Below, one piece after another: positions 26,006-36,422 of a stretch of 64,000 nt of DNA. The stretch spans positions 16,097 to 80,096 of the forward strand of contig JAGCXO010000037.1 of NCBI GenBank assembly GCA_017961285.1, read 5' to 3'. Origin of the DNA: Alphaproteobacteria bacterium (lineage in GTDB: Bacteria; Pseudomonadota; Alphaproteobacteria; RF32; CAG-239). Each line of letters starts with the position of its first letter. Positions within the stretch are counted from its first letter, which is position 1. Both the position numbers and the translations under genes were made by a program. The notes under the pieces are model-generated. The model did not search any database and was not told the origin of the DNA. It was given only the letters and a program-made list of their open reading frames with translations.

Positions 26006-26066
26006 ATTCGAACCCTGGACCCACTGATTAAGAGTCAGTTGCTCTATCCAACTGAGCTACGCACCC
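25990..26066 (-). tRNA. tRNA-Lys (anticodon CUU), CCA encoded
   Basis: Minus-strand sequence GGGTGCGTAGCTCAGTTGGATAGAGCAACTGACTCTTAATCAGTGGGTCCAGGGTTCGAATCCCTGCGCGCCTACCA folds by hand into a 77-nt cloverleaf. The acceptor stem has 7 bp including two G-U pairs, the anticodon loop is CTCTTAA, and the T-loop is TTCGAAT. Confidence 0.9.
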
Positions 26067-26136
26067 ACAATCTACGAACGCGAATATAAACTGCTAATAT
26101 TTTTTTTGCAAGATATTTTTTTATATTTTTTACAAA

Positions 26137-28404
26137 TTAAAGCGCCGCACTATTCAGATTTGCCTTGCTACATTTAGCAATATCTTCAAAATTTTTAATC
26201 TTTTGCCAAATTGCCGCCACATTTTTCTGGGCATATTTCTTATAACAAAAATCAGCCCGATAAAAATCTGCCGCAACACTTGCCGCCTCTTTGGCAAAAC
26301 AAATCGGATTATCTGCCATCACCATAGTTTGACAATTTTTCGAGCGTGCCCAATAAGTTTTTCCATCTTTTGCAAATTTCATCCATTTTAAATCTTTCTT
26401 GCACTTTGCACAATCATTATCGCGCACACAAACTGCACTCCAAAACAGCGGCACATCTTGATAAACAGGCATAACAACTTTTAGCGAAGATATCTGCGCC
26501 AAATTTTGCATATTTAGCAAACAATCCTCAACCGAAAGACAAATTCTCGAAATTTTCATCTCTTTTGCCGCCGACACTGCTTGTGAGTTCATCATATAAA
26601 GCCCGTTATCAAAAGCAATATCAACACCACCTTTTGACGGCAAAACTTCCAATCCCCACCAATTTCCTATCGTCCACTTTTTATATCCTGCAGACAAAAG
26701 ATTTTCCACCATTTTACGCCAAAAAGACATATTACGGGCAACCTGCGGCAAAACCAACCTTATTTTCGACTTTGGTAATTTTTGCAAATCTGCAATATCA
26801 GAATCAACATCAAGCAAAAACTCAACTTCTGCAACTTCATCCAAATTGACCCCGGCAATATTCTCCACATCATCAGTCCGCACAATCCACTTTGGATCTT
26901 GCTTTTCTCTTTGCTCAAAAACTTTCGGCAGCTCACCGTTTTTCTTTACAATCTCCACTTTTGCATACAAATCTCGGCGCAATTCATTAAGCATAGATAC
27001 CGGCACAAACAGTCCTTGTTTGTTTTCAATTGACAATTTTCCCAAAATCAGCTTTGTATCGCCTGTTTTATCAAAAGCCTTTTTTATTGCATCTTCAGTC
27101 TTTGCCGCATCTTTTGCCGGCTCAAATTTTCCTTCAATTTCACTTTTATATTTTCCAGCACTCGCAAGCACTTTATCCTCCGACACCTCAACTTTTACAT
27201 CAACATTTTGCCGCGCTGCAAATTCTCCTTGTTTTGGGCGCTTATAATCATAACTACCCTTAACTTCACTCGAGGATGCCAAATATATTTTTTGCCCTTT
27301 TTTCAATAATTCCGCCTCAAAAGGCACAACCACCATAGCCTCTTTATCAGCAACAGTTTCAAAAACATTTTTACCGTCAACCTGCAACTTTTGCGCCGAG
27401 AACCCCAAAGGTTTTTCTCTGCCCTCAATATCAATTTGCAAACCGTCGTGACGACAAATTTTATATTTGCTGCGAAAATACATCTTATTGCCGGCAACAC
27501 GCGATATTTGCCCAATCTCAAGCCCTCTGTGACCGACAAAATCCCTATCAACAACATTTTTATTTTTGCCGTTCAGCATAAACTTGCACCATGGACGCGA
27601 AAAAATCTGTTTAATATTGTCGGCTCGCTTCTCATCAGCCCCTTTACCGTCAAGAATACGTCGATAATAATCCGTAACCGCCGCCACATAAAGCGCACTC
27701 TTTTTTCTGCCCTCAATTTTCAAAGAATTTACCGGCAATTTCAGCACTTGCTCTTGCAAAGCCATATCTTTCATTGAAAAATAATGCTTTTCTCCGCTTT
27801 CACCCTTAAAAATTGCCCGACAAGGATACAAACATTTTCCCCTATTGGCACTTCGCCCGCTTTCAAGTGATGAAAATAAACACATCCCGCTATAAGAATA
27901 GCACAATGCTCCATGAATAAAAGCTTCTGTTTCAAGTTGCGGAATAGCGGCAATTTCCTTAATTTCGCTCAAAGACAATTCTCTTGCCAGCACAACTCGC
28001 TTAAACCCAAGTTTTTGTAAGGCTAAAGCGCCTTCTTTATTATGAACAGCCATCTGCGTGCTGGCATGCAACTCCAACTCCGGATACTTTTCTTTGATAA
28101 TTCTTGCCACACCCAAATCTTGCAAGATAATTCCATCAACATTACAATTTGAACAAACATCAAGTGTTAACAGCAGACTTTGCAATTCACTCTCCTGCAC
28201 CAAAGTATTTACCGTAACATAAACCTTGCGTTTCAAACTATGGGCATACCCGACAAAATTATCCAACTCTTCCGGCGAAAAGTTGACAGCCGTTGCTCGT
28301 GCCGAAAAGTTTTTTAACCCCAAATAAACCGCATCTGCCCCATAAAATATCGCAGCATAACCCGCCTCTATATCGCCGGCCGGTGCTAAAAGTTCCGTCT
28401 TCAT
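26137..28404 (-). CDS. Peptidase U32 family protein (long form)
   Basis: MKTELLAPAG start and the U32 signature EAFIHGALCYSYSGMCLFSS. 755 aa. It lies 6 nt downstream of the ABC exporter gene. Confidence 0.85.
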   Translation of the reverse strand: MKTELLAPAGDIEAGYAAIFYGADAVYLGLKNFSARATAVNFSPEELDNFVGYAHSLKRKVYVTVNTLVQESELQSLLLTLDVCSNCNVDGIILQDLGVARIIKEKYPELELHASTQMAVHNKEGALALQKLGFKRVVLARELSLSEIKEIAAIPQLETEAFIHGALCYSYSGMCLFSSLESGRSANRGKCLYPCRAIFKGESGEKHYFSMKDMALQEQVLKLPVNSLKIEGRKKSALYVAAVTDYYRRILDGKGADEKRADNIKQIFSRPWCKFMLNGKNKNVVDRDFVGHRGLEIGQISRVAGNKMYFRSKYKICRHDGLQIDIEGREKPLGFSAQKLQVDGKNVFETVADKEAMVVVPFEAELLKKGQKIYLASSSEVKGSYDYKRPKQGEFAARQNVDVKVEVSEDKVLASAGKYKSEIEGKFEPAKDAAKTEDAIKKAFDKTGDTKLILGKLSIENKQGLFVPVSMLNELRRDLYAKVEIVKKNGELPKVFEQREKQDPKWIVRTDDVENIAGVNLDEVAEVEFLLDVDSDIADLQKLPKSKIRLVLPQVARNMSFWRKMVENLLSAGYKKWTIGNWWGLEVLPSKGGVDIAFDNGLYMMNSQAVSAAKEMKISRICLSVEDCLLNMQNLAQISSLKVVMPVYQDVPLFWSAVCVRDNDCAKCKKDLKWMKFAKDGKTYWARSKNCQTMVMADNPICFAKEAASVAADFYRADFCYKKYAQKNVAAIWQKIKNFEDIAKCSKANLNSAAL

Positions 28405-28410
28405 AACATT

Positions 28411-30216
28411 TTACCTTAATTGACTGTTATACAAAGAAGCATAAACACTGTTTTCTTTTGCCAAAAGTTCCTCATGTGTTCCTTCTTCAACAATTTCGCC
28501 ATAATTAACCACTACAATCTTGTCGGCATTACGCACAGTAGAAAGACGATGGGCTACAATAAACACCGTTCTGTCTTTCATCAAATTATCAATCGCTTTC
28601 TGCACCACCGCCTCAGCCTTATTATCCAAAGCCGAAGTCGCCTCATCCAAAATAACAATCGGCGCATTTTTAATAAAAGCTCTGGCAATGGCAATTCTTT
28701 GTTTTTGTCCGCCTGAAAGCAAAACACCTCTTTCACCTATTTGTGTATCCCAACCTTTTTCCAAACTATCGACAAACTCTTTCAGACAGGCAGCCTCAAC
28801 AGCATGCTCAATCTCTTCTTTTGAAGCATTTTCTTTACCAAGCAAAATATTATCCCTGATTGTGCCTGCAAACAAAAAATTGTCCTGAAAAACAATAGCA
28901 ATATTATCACGCAAAGAAAACAAATCGTAATTTTTTATATTTTTCCCGTTTATCAAAATTTCTCCGCTTGTAACATCATAAAAACGAGGCAACAGATTTA
29001 CCATTGTTGTCTTTCCGCCCCCCGAATTACCGACAAAAGCAACTGTTTCACCTACATTGATTTTAAGATTTACATTCTTCAAAACCGGCTTATTTTTCAA
29101 ATATTCAAAACAAACATTTTTATATTCAATAATTCCGGACACATTTTTCAATTTAACAGGATTACCACAATTTCTAACTGCCGGCAAACGCTCCATCAGA
29201 TTAAAAACTCTTTCCATCGCCAAAAAAGCCAATTGCACGCTGTTAAAATTATTACCTATCGATTTTATTGGATTATACAGCATAATCAGCGCCGTAATAA
29301 ACGATACAAAGTTTCCCGGCGTAATTTGATGATTAACAATCAAATAGTTTCCCAACCAAATCACCGCGGCAATTCCCAATGACACAATAAAATGCATTAA
29401 AGGAGACATCATACCCGTGCGCTGCGTCATTTTTATACCGAGCTTAAAAACAGATTTTAATGTTTCACGAAAACGTTTCCCTTGATAATCATAAAGATTA
29501 TACGAGGCAATAATTCTATTTCCGTTAAAAGTTTCATTAAAATGACTGATAACCGCCGCTCCGGAAAAAATTGTCTTATCCATAATCGCCTTAATTTTGC
29601 GTCTGACTGTTGTCAGCGGATATAATGCACAAAACAAAATCACAACGGCAATAATCGCCAACTGCCATGAATTATAAAATAAAACCGCAATCAAAGAAAG
29701 AGAAGAAAACACCCTGGTTGTAAAGAGTTTTAAGTTCGACAACAATCCGTTGCATGCCGAATCAACATCCGAATTATACCTAAACACAATCTGCCCCGAA
29801 GTCATTTTATCAAAAAAAGTAGCTTCGCTCTGCATCAACCGATCAAACAAAACCATTTTAACATCATTGGCAATCTTTCTCCCTACCCACACATTGAGAT
29901 ATGTAGCAGCATAATTCAGCAGACTTTGCAAGCAGCTGAAAATTATTATAAGAAGAGGTATGTAGCCCACAAAACTGGTAGATTTCTCTACCATAACAAC
30001 ATCCATATAAGGCTTTAGCGACCAGGCAATAACCGCATCCATAGCGCCAATCGGAATTGTTATTAAAACAGAAGTCAAACCTCTGCCCCAATATGGTTTT
30101 ATATATGGCCACATTTTTTTATAATTAGTTACAAAATGCGTAGATACCAGCTTTTCTTTAATTTTTGCAAACATTATCACACTCTTAGAAATAATCGGAC
30201 TACACACAGAATACAT
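28411..30216 (-). CDS. ABC exporter, fused permease/ATPase (MsbA-like)
   Basis: Six-helix TMD followed by GNSGGGKTT (Walker A), LSGGQKQRIAIARA and ILDEATSALD. The start is ambiguous (ATG at 30216 or 30174). Confidence 0.88.
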   Translation of the reverse strand: MYSVCSPIISKSVIMFAKIKEKLVSTHFVTNYKKMWPYIKPYWGRGLTSVLITIPIGAMDAVIAWSLKPYMDVVMVEKSTSFVGYIPLLIIIFSCLQSLLNYAATYLNVWVGRKIANDVKMVLFDRLMQSEATFFDKMTSGQIVFRYNSDVDSACNGLLSNLKLFTTRVFSSLSLIAVLFYNSWQLAIIAVVILFCALYPLTTVRRKIKAIMDKTIFSGAAVISHFNETFNGNRIIASYNLYDYQGKRFRETLKSVFKLGIKMTQRTGMMSPLMHFIVSLGIAAVIWLGNYLIVNHQITPGNFVSFITALIMLYNPIKSIGNNFNSVQLAFLAMERVFNLMERLPAVRNCGNPVKLKNVSGIIEYKNVCFEYLKNKPVLKNVNLKINVGETVAFVGNSGGGKTTMVNLLPRFYDVTSGEILINGKNIKNYDLFSLRDNIAIVFQDNFLFAGTIRDNILLGKENASKEEIEHAVEAACLKEFVDSLEKGWDTQIGERGVLLSGGQKQRIAIARAFIKNAPIVILDEATSALDNKAEAVVQKAIDNLMKDRTVFIVAHRLSTVRNADKIVVVNYGEIVEEGTHEELLAKENSVYASLYNSQLR

Positions 30217-30250
30217 AAATTTAAAAATTTTGCAAAACTTTTTTACATTA

Positions 30251-30288
30251 TCAAAACAAAAAAAGGCTCTGTTTTTTCAACAGAGCCT
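30251..30288 (-). terminator. Rho-independent terminator of the map-radC unit
   Basis: On the minus strand, AGGCTCTGTT pairs with AACAGAGCCT and is followed by TTTTTTTGTTTTG. Confidence 0.8.
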
Positions 30289-30396
30289 AAAGGAGAAAAA
30301 TCAGAAAATACAAATGAGCGCTAAATAAATGGGTATCCGAATTACTTAACAATGTATTAACTATAGCACAAAATTAAGCAAGAATCAATATAAATT

Positions 30397-31083
30397 TTAA
30401 ATCAATTTATGTTCCTTAAAACTATAATAACCGCTCTCACAGATTATCAAATGGTCTTGAAGCTTGATCCCTACGGCTTCCAATGCATTTTTAACTTGCA
30501 TAGTAACCCTTTCATCATCGCCCGAAGGTTTCAAACTTCCGGAAGGATGATTGTGCACCATAATTACACATGCCGCACCATAAGCCAAAGCAGATCTGAC
30601 AACTTCTGCCGGATGCACTGCAACTCCGCTGGTCGAACCCCTCTGTTGAACCTCTTCCGCAATAATCCTGCACTTTGCATCCAGCATCAAAAGCACCATT
30701 TCTTCACGCTTTTTGTTAGCCATTTTCATATGGCAATAATCAAGCAAACTATCCCAAGTAGTAATCACCGGTTGATCACCAGATGATAAATTCTGCCATG
30801 TCATTCTGATAGCGGCCTCGCGGATAACATCAAAAAGTATGATACTGTTTTCTTTCACCCCTGGAAAGGACATCAAAGCCTCTTTATTTGCAAAAATAAC
30901 CTTGGCAAAACTGCCGAATTGCTTAATCAACGCTTTTGCTATAGGTTTTGTATCCTTCCGCGGAATGGCATAAGTCAACAGCAGCTCCAAAAACTCATAA
31001 TCTGCCATATCCTTGCCCTGTCCGAGCAAAAATCGCTCCTTAATCCGTTGCCTGTGCCCGATATAATCTTTTTCTTCTGTCAT
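30397..31083 (-). CDS. radC: RadC-family JAB-domain protein
   Basis: HNHPSGSLKPSGDD JAMM-like motif and an N-terminal helix-hairpin-helix-like region. Confidence 0.88.
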   Translation of the reverse strand: MTEEKDYIGHRQRIKERFLLGQGKDMADYEFLELLLTYAIPRKDTKPIAKALIKQFGSFAKVIFANKEALMSFPGVKENSIILFDVIREAAIRMTWQNLSSGDQPVITTWDSLLDYCHMKMANKKREEMVLLMLDAKCRIIAEEVQQRGSTSGVAVHPAEVVRSALAYGAACVIMVHNHPSGSLKPSGDDERVTMQVKNALEAVGIKLQDHLIICESGYYSFKEHKLI

Positions 31084-31091
31084 AAATACCC

Positions 31092-31907
31092 CTATTTTTT
31101 ATATGGCGGACGATCAAGTCCTTTGGGCGAATAAGTAAACACTTCACAACCGTCTTTTGTAACCCCCAAAGAGTGTTCAAATTGCGCCGAAAGGGTTTTA
31201 TCTCTGGTAACGGCAGTCCAACCGTTTGCCAATATCAATCCCTCTTTTTTGCCCACATTTATCATCGGCTCAATGGTAAAAATCATACCTTCTTCCATCA
31301 CCGGACCGGTTCCTTTTACTCCGCAATGCATAACATTGGGATTATCATGAAAAACCTTGCCGACACCGTGTCCGCAAAACATATCTACCACAGAATAACC
31401 GTATTTATGTGCATATTCTTCTATTACCGCCCCGATATCACCGAAATGTGCTCCCGGTTTGACAACATCAATACCTCTCATCAGGCATTCATACGTAACA
31501 TCACAAAGCCTTGTTGCTTTCAATTTCGGCTTTCCGACATAATACATTCTGCTTGTATCGCCGAACCACCCGTCAACAATAACCGTAACATCAATATTGA
31601 TAATATCACCGTTCGCCAACTTTTGCGTAGCGCTCGGAATACCGTGGCAAATTACATGATTTGCGGAAATGCAAGTATATTTCGGATATCCGTGATACCC
31701 CATACAAGCCGATACCCCTCCATGTTCAACAATATATTTGTTGCACAAATCGTCCAAATATTCGGTAGAAACACCGACATCGACATAATCTGTGATATAA
31801 TCCAAAACTTCGGCGGCCAATTGACCGGCTTTACACATACCGTCAAAATCCTCATCGGTATTATAAATGGTAATATTATCTTGATTCTTTCTGCTCAATT
31901 TTATCAC
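31092..31907 (-). CDS. map: Methionine aminopeptidase, type I
   Basis: The metal ligand pattern (NIDVTVIVDGWFGD, HGVG, FTIEP, QFEH) is typical of MetAP-I. Confidence 0.93.
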   Translation of the reverse strand: MIKLSRKNQDNITIYNTDEDFDGMCKAGQLAAEVLDYITDYVDVGVSTEYLDDLCNKYIVEHGGVSACMGYHGYPKYTCISANHVICHGIPSATQKLANGDIINIDVTVIVDGWFGDTSRMYYVGKPKLKATRLCDVTYECLMRGIDVVKPGAHFGDIGAVIEEYAHKYGYSVVDMFCGHGVGKVFHDNPNVMHCGVKGTGPVMEEGMIFTIEPMINVGKKEGLILANGWTAVTRDKTLSAQFEHSLGVTKDGCEVFTYSPKGLDRPPYKK

Positions 31908-32019
31908 TCCTTATTTTGCCCCAAGCTACAACAATAAGACTAATTTTGCAACCATTAACTTGAATTATTATCAAGCAAAATTATATCCATAAAAAACAGC
32001 ATAAAAGAAAGGGATTAAA

Positions 32020-32514
32020 ATGAAAATAAATTACCAAAAACTGATTTATTGCTTTGTTATGACCTTTGCCGCCATGGCAATCGGCGCCTATTACAACGAC
32101 TTTGGCATGGAAAAATGGTATCACAACATATCTCAACCTGCAGCCACCCCTCCCGATATGGTATTTCCGATTGTTTGGGGAATTCTATATGCCCTAATGG
32201 CAACAAGTTTCTATCTTACTTTTGTAACCGAAGATAAAAAAGCGCAAAATCAAAAGATTAACAGTCTGTTCATAGGTTTGTTATTTTTACACATTGTTTG
32301 GACATATTGCTTTTTCTATATGGGATATATAGCCTTGGCTTTTGGGGTTTTGTTATTTATAGACTTTTTGAGTTATTACATTTTAATGATGTTTTGGGGC
32401 ATACACAAAACAGCAGCATGGCTTTTTATGCCATATTTCTTATGGATACTGTTTGCCACATACCTAAACGCCGCGTTCATAAACCTGAACAGCTACATAA
32501 TCGTGGTTGAATAG
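32020..32514 (+). CDS. tspO: TspO/MBR family tryptophan-rich sensory protein
   Basis: Five TM helices. W-rich motifs PPDMVFPIVWGILYALMA and WTYCFF. Confidence 0.8.
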   Translation: MKINYQKLIYCFVMTFAAMAIGAYYNDFGMEKWYHNISQPAATPPDMVFPIVWGILYALMATSFYLTFVTEDKKAQNQKINSLFIGLLFLHIVWTYCFFYMGYIALAFGVLLFIDFLSYYILMMFWGIHKTAAWLFMPYFLWILFATYLNAAFINLNSYIIVVE

Positions 32515-32596
32515 CACAAATTTTTGCTTGCCATAACGCACTTTTTGCATTAAAAAAGACTTTTAAAAACAAAATGTAAAAACAGAGGTAAACAAA

Positions 32597-35221
32597 ATGA
32601 CTGCTACCGTAAATCAAATTCGTAAAACTTTTTTGGATTATTTTGCCAAAAACGGACATACTATTGTGCCTTCTTCATCACTCGTTCCGGACAACGACCC
32701 CACCCTGATGTTTACCAACTCGGGTATGGTTCAGTTCAAAAATATTTTGGCCGGCACCGAAACACGCGACTATAAAACCGCAGCAACCGCACAAAAATCT
32801 GTCCGCGCCGGAGGCAAACATAACGATTTGGATAGCGTCGGATATGATGTTCGCCACCATACATTTTTTGAAATGCTCGGTAACTTCTCATTTGGCGATT
32901 ATTTCAAAGAAAAAGCCATTTTTTATGCTTGGGAGCTTTTAACCAAAGAATTTTGCCTGCCAAAAGAAAAACTTTTGGCCACGGTCTATCATACTGATGA
33001 CGAAGCTTTCAACCTCTGGAAAAAAATCTCCGGTCTTCCTGATGAAAGAATAATCCGTATCCCGACCAAAGATAATTTTTGGCAGATGGGCGACACCGGT
33101 CCTTGCGGTCCCTGCTCCGAAATTTTTTATGACCATGGTCCGGAGGTATGGGGCGGAATGCCCGGCACTCCCGAAGAGGATGGTGACCGCTACATAGAAA
33201 TTTGGAACCTTGTTTTTGATCAATACGAAGATTTGCCTGACGGCTCACGCATCAACCTCAAAAAGCCTTCCATTGATACTGGTATGGGGCTTGAGCGCAT
33301 TGCCGCCATTTTACAAGGCGTTCACTCCAATTTTGATATTGATTTATTCAAAAATCTCATCAACAACATTGCTGAGATTGCTCATTCCGACCCCAAAGGC
33401 AAACTGCAATCCTCTCACAACGTTATTGCCGACCACATGCGTTCTTCGGCATTTTTGATAGCCGACGGCGTTTTACCGTCTAACGAAGGCAGAGGTTATG
33501 TCCTGCGCCGCATTATGCGCCGCGCTATGCGCCATATCCAAATGCTTGGCGTCAAAGAGCCGATGATGCACAAACTTCTTCCTGCTTTACAAAAAGAAAT
33601 GGGCAAAGCCTATCCCGAACTCTACCGTGCCGAAGATTTGATTGTCGAAACACTTAAAACCGAAGAAAGTAAGTTTATCAAGACATTAGACAAAGGACTT
33701 AAACTTTTAGAAGAAGAAACAGCCAATCTTTCTGCCGGTGACACTTTGAACGGACAAACTGCTTTCAAACTATATGATACCTATGGTTTTCCGCTCGATT
33801 TAACCCAAGATGCCTTAAAACTGAAAAATATCAATGTTGATGTTGACGGTTTTAATCAAGCTATGGAAAAACAACGCGCCGAAGCACGTAAAAACTGGGC
33901 CGGCAGCGGTGACAGCGGAATTGAAAAAATTTGGTTTGAAGCTTTTGACAAATATGGCTCAAGCGAATTTTTAGGGTACGAGCACATTAAAGCCGACGGA
34001 GAAATAAAAGCTTTGATACAAAACTCCAACTTTGTTGACAGTATTTCTGCCGGCGATTTTTATCTTATTGCCAACCAAACCCCGTTTTATGGCGAATCCG
34101 GCGGTCAAGTCGGCGATATCGGAATTATCAAAGGCAAAAATTTCACTGCCGAGGTTACCGATACACAAAAGAAAATCAATGGTATGATTGTCCATAACTG
34201 CCACCTTTTGAACGGAACCATAAAAGTATCCGATTTTGCAAGCTTTGAAGTTAATGAGCAAAATCGCAACCAAATTCGCGCCAACCACTCAGTAACTCAC
34301 CTGCTTCATCGTGCATTGCGTGATGTTTTGGGTAAACACGTCGCCCAAAAAGGTTCAATGGTTGCTGCTGACCGCGCCAGATTTGACATTTCTCACCCCA
34401 AACAAATTTCTTTAGAAGAATTGCGCAAGGTTGAGGCTATTGTAAACCAAGCAGTTCGCCACAATTACAAATGCGTAACGCGCGTTATGTTGCCGGAAGA
34501 TGCCATCAAACAAGGTGCAATGGCGCTGTTCGGTGAAAAATATGGCGAAACTGTCCGTGTTGTCAGTATGGAAGACGGAAAAGAGGCATTTTCGGTAGAA
34601 TTGTGCGGCGGAACTCATGTTAATGCTACCGGCGATATTGGATATTTCAGCATTGTTGCCGAGTCGGCAGTTGCCGCTGGTGTCAGAAGGCTTGAATTTG
34701 TAACCGGACAAGCCGCGGCAGAGATTGCTTATCAGGAAAAAGACCAGATCAGCAGAATTTGCCAAACCCTAAGATCTAATCCGCATGACTTGGAAGCAAA
34801 AATATCTCAATTGATTGAAGACAAGAAAAAACTTGAACTCGAGGTCATAAATCTCAAAAAAGAGATTATGAACGGTGGTACAAAAGAAGAAACACTGGAA
34901 CAAGTTAACGGTATCAATTTTGTGGCCAAAAAGCTGGAAAATATTTCACCAAAAGAGCTCAAAGGCTTTGTCGATGAATTGAAAGACCAAATAAAAAGCG
35001 GCATAATCGCCCTCTTCTCTGTTGCCGAAGGCAAAGTTTCAGTAGTAATCGGCGCCACAGACGACATTGCTTCAAAATGTCCGGCAAATAATCTGATAAA
35101 AGTCGTCGCACCGTTTATCGGCGCCAACGGTGGTGGAGGTCGCCCCGATATGGCACAAACCGGCGGCTCCGACAGCTCCAAACTTGATGAGGCTATATCG
35201 GCATTGAAAAAAGCCATATAA
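32597..35221 (+). CDS. alaS: Alanine--tRNA ligase
   Basis: [35 protein letters not shown], the HSVTHLLH editing motif and a C-terminal GGG(R)PDMAQ DHHA1 motif. Confidence 0.97.
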   Translation: MTATVNQIRKTFLDYFAKNGHTIVPSSSLVPDNDPTLMFTNSGMVQFKNILAGTETRDYKTAATAQKSVRAGGKHNDLDSVGYDVRHHTFFEMLGNFSFGDYFKEKAIFYAWELLTKEFCLPKEKLLATVYHTDDEAFNLWKKISGLPDERIIRIPTKDNFWQMGDTGPCGPCSEIFYDHGPEVWGGMPGTPEEDGDRYIEIWNLVFDQYEDLPDGSRINLKKPSIDTGMGLERIAAILQGVHSNFDIDLFKNLINNIAEIAHSDPKGKLQSSHNVIADHMRSSAFLIADGVLPSNEGRGYVLRRIMRRAMRHIQMLGVKEPMMHKLLPALQKEMGKAYPELYRAEDLIVETLKTEESKFIKTLDKGLKLLEEETANLSAGDTLNGQTAFKLYDTYGFPLDLTQDALKLKNINVDVDGFNQAMEKQRAEARKNWAGSGDSGIEKIWFEAFDKYGSSEFLGYEHIKADGEIKALIQNSNFVDSISAGDFYLIANQTPFYGESGGQVGDIGIIKGKNFTAEVTDTQKKINGMIVHNCHLLNGTIKVSDFASFEVNEQNRNQIRANHSVTHLLHRALRDVLGKHVAQKGSMVAADRARFDISHPKQISLEELRKVEAIVNQAVRHNYKCVTRVMLPEDAIKQGAMALFGEKYGETVRVVSMEDGKEAFSVELCGGTHVNATGDIGYFSIVAESAVAAGVRRLEFVTGQAAAEIAYQEKDQISRICQTLRSNPHDLEAKISQLIEDKKKLELEVINLKKEIMNGGTKEETLEQVNGINFVAKKLENISPKELKGFVDELKDQIKSGIIALFSVAEGKVSVVIGATDDIASKCPANNLIKVVAPFIGANGGGGRPDMAQTGGSDSSKLDEAISALKKAI

Positions 35222-35247
35222 AAGCTTGACAAAAACCACAAAAAAAA

Positions 35248-35280
35248 ATAGTGTTAACGCAAGTTATCACTATTTTTCTT
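35248..35280 (+). terminator. Terminator of alaS
   Basis: ATAGTGTTAAC pairs with GTTATCACTAT (10 of 11 bp), followed by TTTTCTT. Confidence 0.7.
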
Positions 35281-35303
35281 ATTATTAACCAAAACCAAAT
35301 CTT

Positions 35304-35564
35304 ATGTTCTTGTTCCTAATTAAAGTATTGTTTATCATAATTGAGTTAGGTATGATTGCCTTTCTGGTTGTGATACTGTGGCATCCACTAAAAAACTTTA
35401 CAACATACTCCTCAAAGGAAAAATTTGAAGTTGTTGTAGTTTGTTTAATTACTTTAGCAATTTTATTCGGCACCGGAATGTCTTTTTATTGGTTTTTCTT
35501 TTCCGAAGGAATGAGTCATCTCATTCCTTTTTTTTGTAACAGAATTGCAACTTTACAATTATAG
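35304..35564 (+). CDS. Doubtful small hydrophobic ORF (86 aa)
   Basis: The hydrophobic profile is plausible. However, there is no room for a promoter or RBS after the alaS terminator. A strong terminator (35506-35536) also lies inside the ORF, 28 nt before its stop. Confidence 0.3.
   Translation: MFLFLIKVLFIIIELGMIAFLVVILWHPLKNFTTYSSKEKFEVVVVCLITLAILFGTGMSFYWFFFSEGMSHLIPFFCNRIATLQL
35506..35536 (+). terminator. Rho-independent terminator
   Basis: AAGGAATGAG (35506-35515) pairs with CTCATTCCTT (35520-35529), followed by TTTTTT. Confidence 0.85.
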
Positions 35565-35609
35565 AATTCTATGCTACCTTACACCTAGTGTGTTTTATAA
35601 GGAATCACA

Positions 35610-36041
35610 ATGGACGACGATTATATAAAAGAATTAACCGAAGAAGAAAAAAGAGTTTTTCTTTCAATTTTCTGCAAGTTAGTCATGGCCGATAAAAGTG
35701 TCGAAAAAGAAGAAGTTAATTTTCTAAAATTGATTGCCGCACGCTACGATGTTGACAATAGCGTTATGGTTGAAATTATCAAAGCACAAAATATTGACCA
35801 TATAGAGCTGGCTAAAAAAATCCATAGTCGCCAGCATGCGCTGGAACTTATAAAGGAACTTTGTGTCCTGTCCAATATTGACGGCGATTTACATGACAAT
35901 GAATTAGATATCATTATTGATGTCGCAAGAGCCCTGAAAATAGAACCTCAAAAAGTCCTTCTAATCAACCGATGGGTTTTAGACAGCGCCATCGTCATCA
36001 AAACAGGCGAGCAAATTTTGGAGCGAAAACATGAGCATTGA
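35610..36041 (+). CDS. TerB-like (tellurite-resistance TerB / DjlA N-terminal-type) domain protein, paralogue 1
   Basis: Four-helix pattern with FCKLVMADKSVEKEEVNFL and LCVLSNIDGDLHDNELDII (the repeated aDG..eE.efl motif). About 30% identical by eye to ORF 41706-42131. AAGGAA RBS. Confidence 0.6.
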   Translation: MDDDYIKELTEEEKRVFLSIFCKLVMADKSVEKEEVNFLKLIAARYDVDNSVMVEIIKAQNIDHIELAKKIHSRQHALELIKELCVLSNIDGDLHDNELDIIIDVARALKIEPQKVLLINRWVLDSAIVIKTGEQILERKHEH

Positions 36042-36336
36042 GCTGAAAAGAGCCTTACAGCAACAAGCTTCAACTTTTGAGCAAGACATCACCAACAAAA
36101 TGATTTATTTGCAAGGAGATGAAGACTTGGGCATCGACTATTATCAATATTCAGCCATAATCTCCTCTCAATCTTCCCAAAGGGCGTCCCCAAAAAAATC
36201 AGAAAATCTAACTGCATCAGAAGAAAATCAATCAGATTTCCAACAGCGTAAAGACAGAATAATGGCTCGCATTGAAGCCATAAAAGGAAAATCATTCCCC
36301 GGCTCATATCTCCGAACATCATCAGCAGCACAATAG
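36031..36336 (+). CDS. Hypothetical 101-aa protein, translationally coupled to the TerB-like gene
   Basis: The ATG overlaps the upstream stop (…CATGAGCATTGA). Hydrophilic, with no family recognised. Confidence 0.45.
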   Translation: MSIELKRALQQQASTFEQDITNKMIYLQGDEDLGIDYYQYSAIISSQSSQRASPKKSENLTASEENQSDFQQRKDRIMARIEAIKGKSFPGSYLRTSSAAQ

Positions 36337-36367
36337 CCTCTGTTCATCTGCGAAGTGGCATTAAACA

Positions 36368-36396
36368 TTGACAAGAAAGACCGCATAATGTAAAGT
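36368..36396 (+). promoter_or_regulatory. Sigma-70-like promoter
   Basis: TTGACA-N17-TAAAGT. Confidence 0.45.
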
Positions 36397-36422
36397 ATTT
36401 ATATATAATGTGGAGAATTACC

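Noticed and set aside
31173-31937. 254-aa plus-strand ORF.
   Set aside because: It is entirely antisense to the clearly recognisable methionine aminopeptidase gene. Its low-complexity, Ile/Asn/Phe-rich translation is typical of shadow ORFs in AT-rich DNA.
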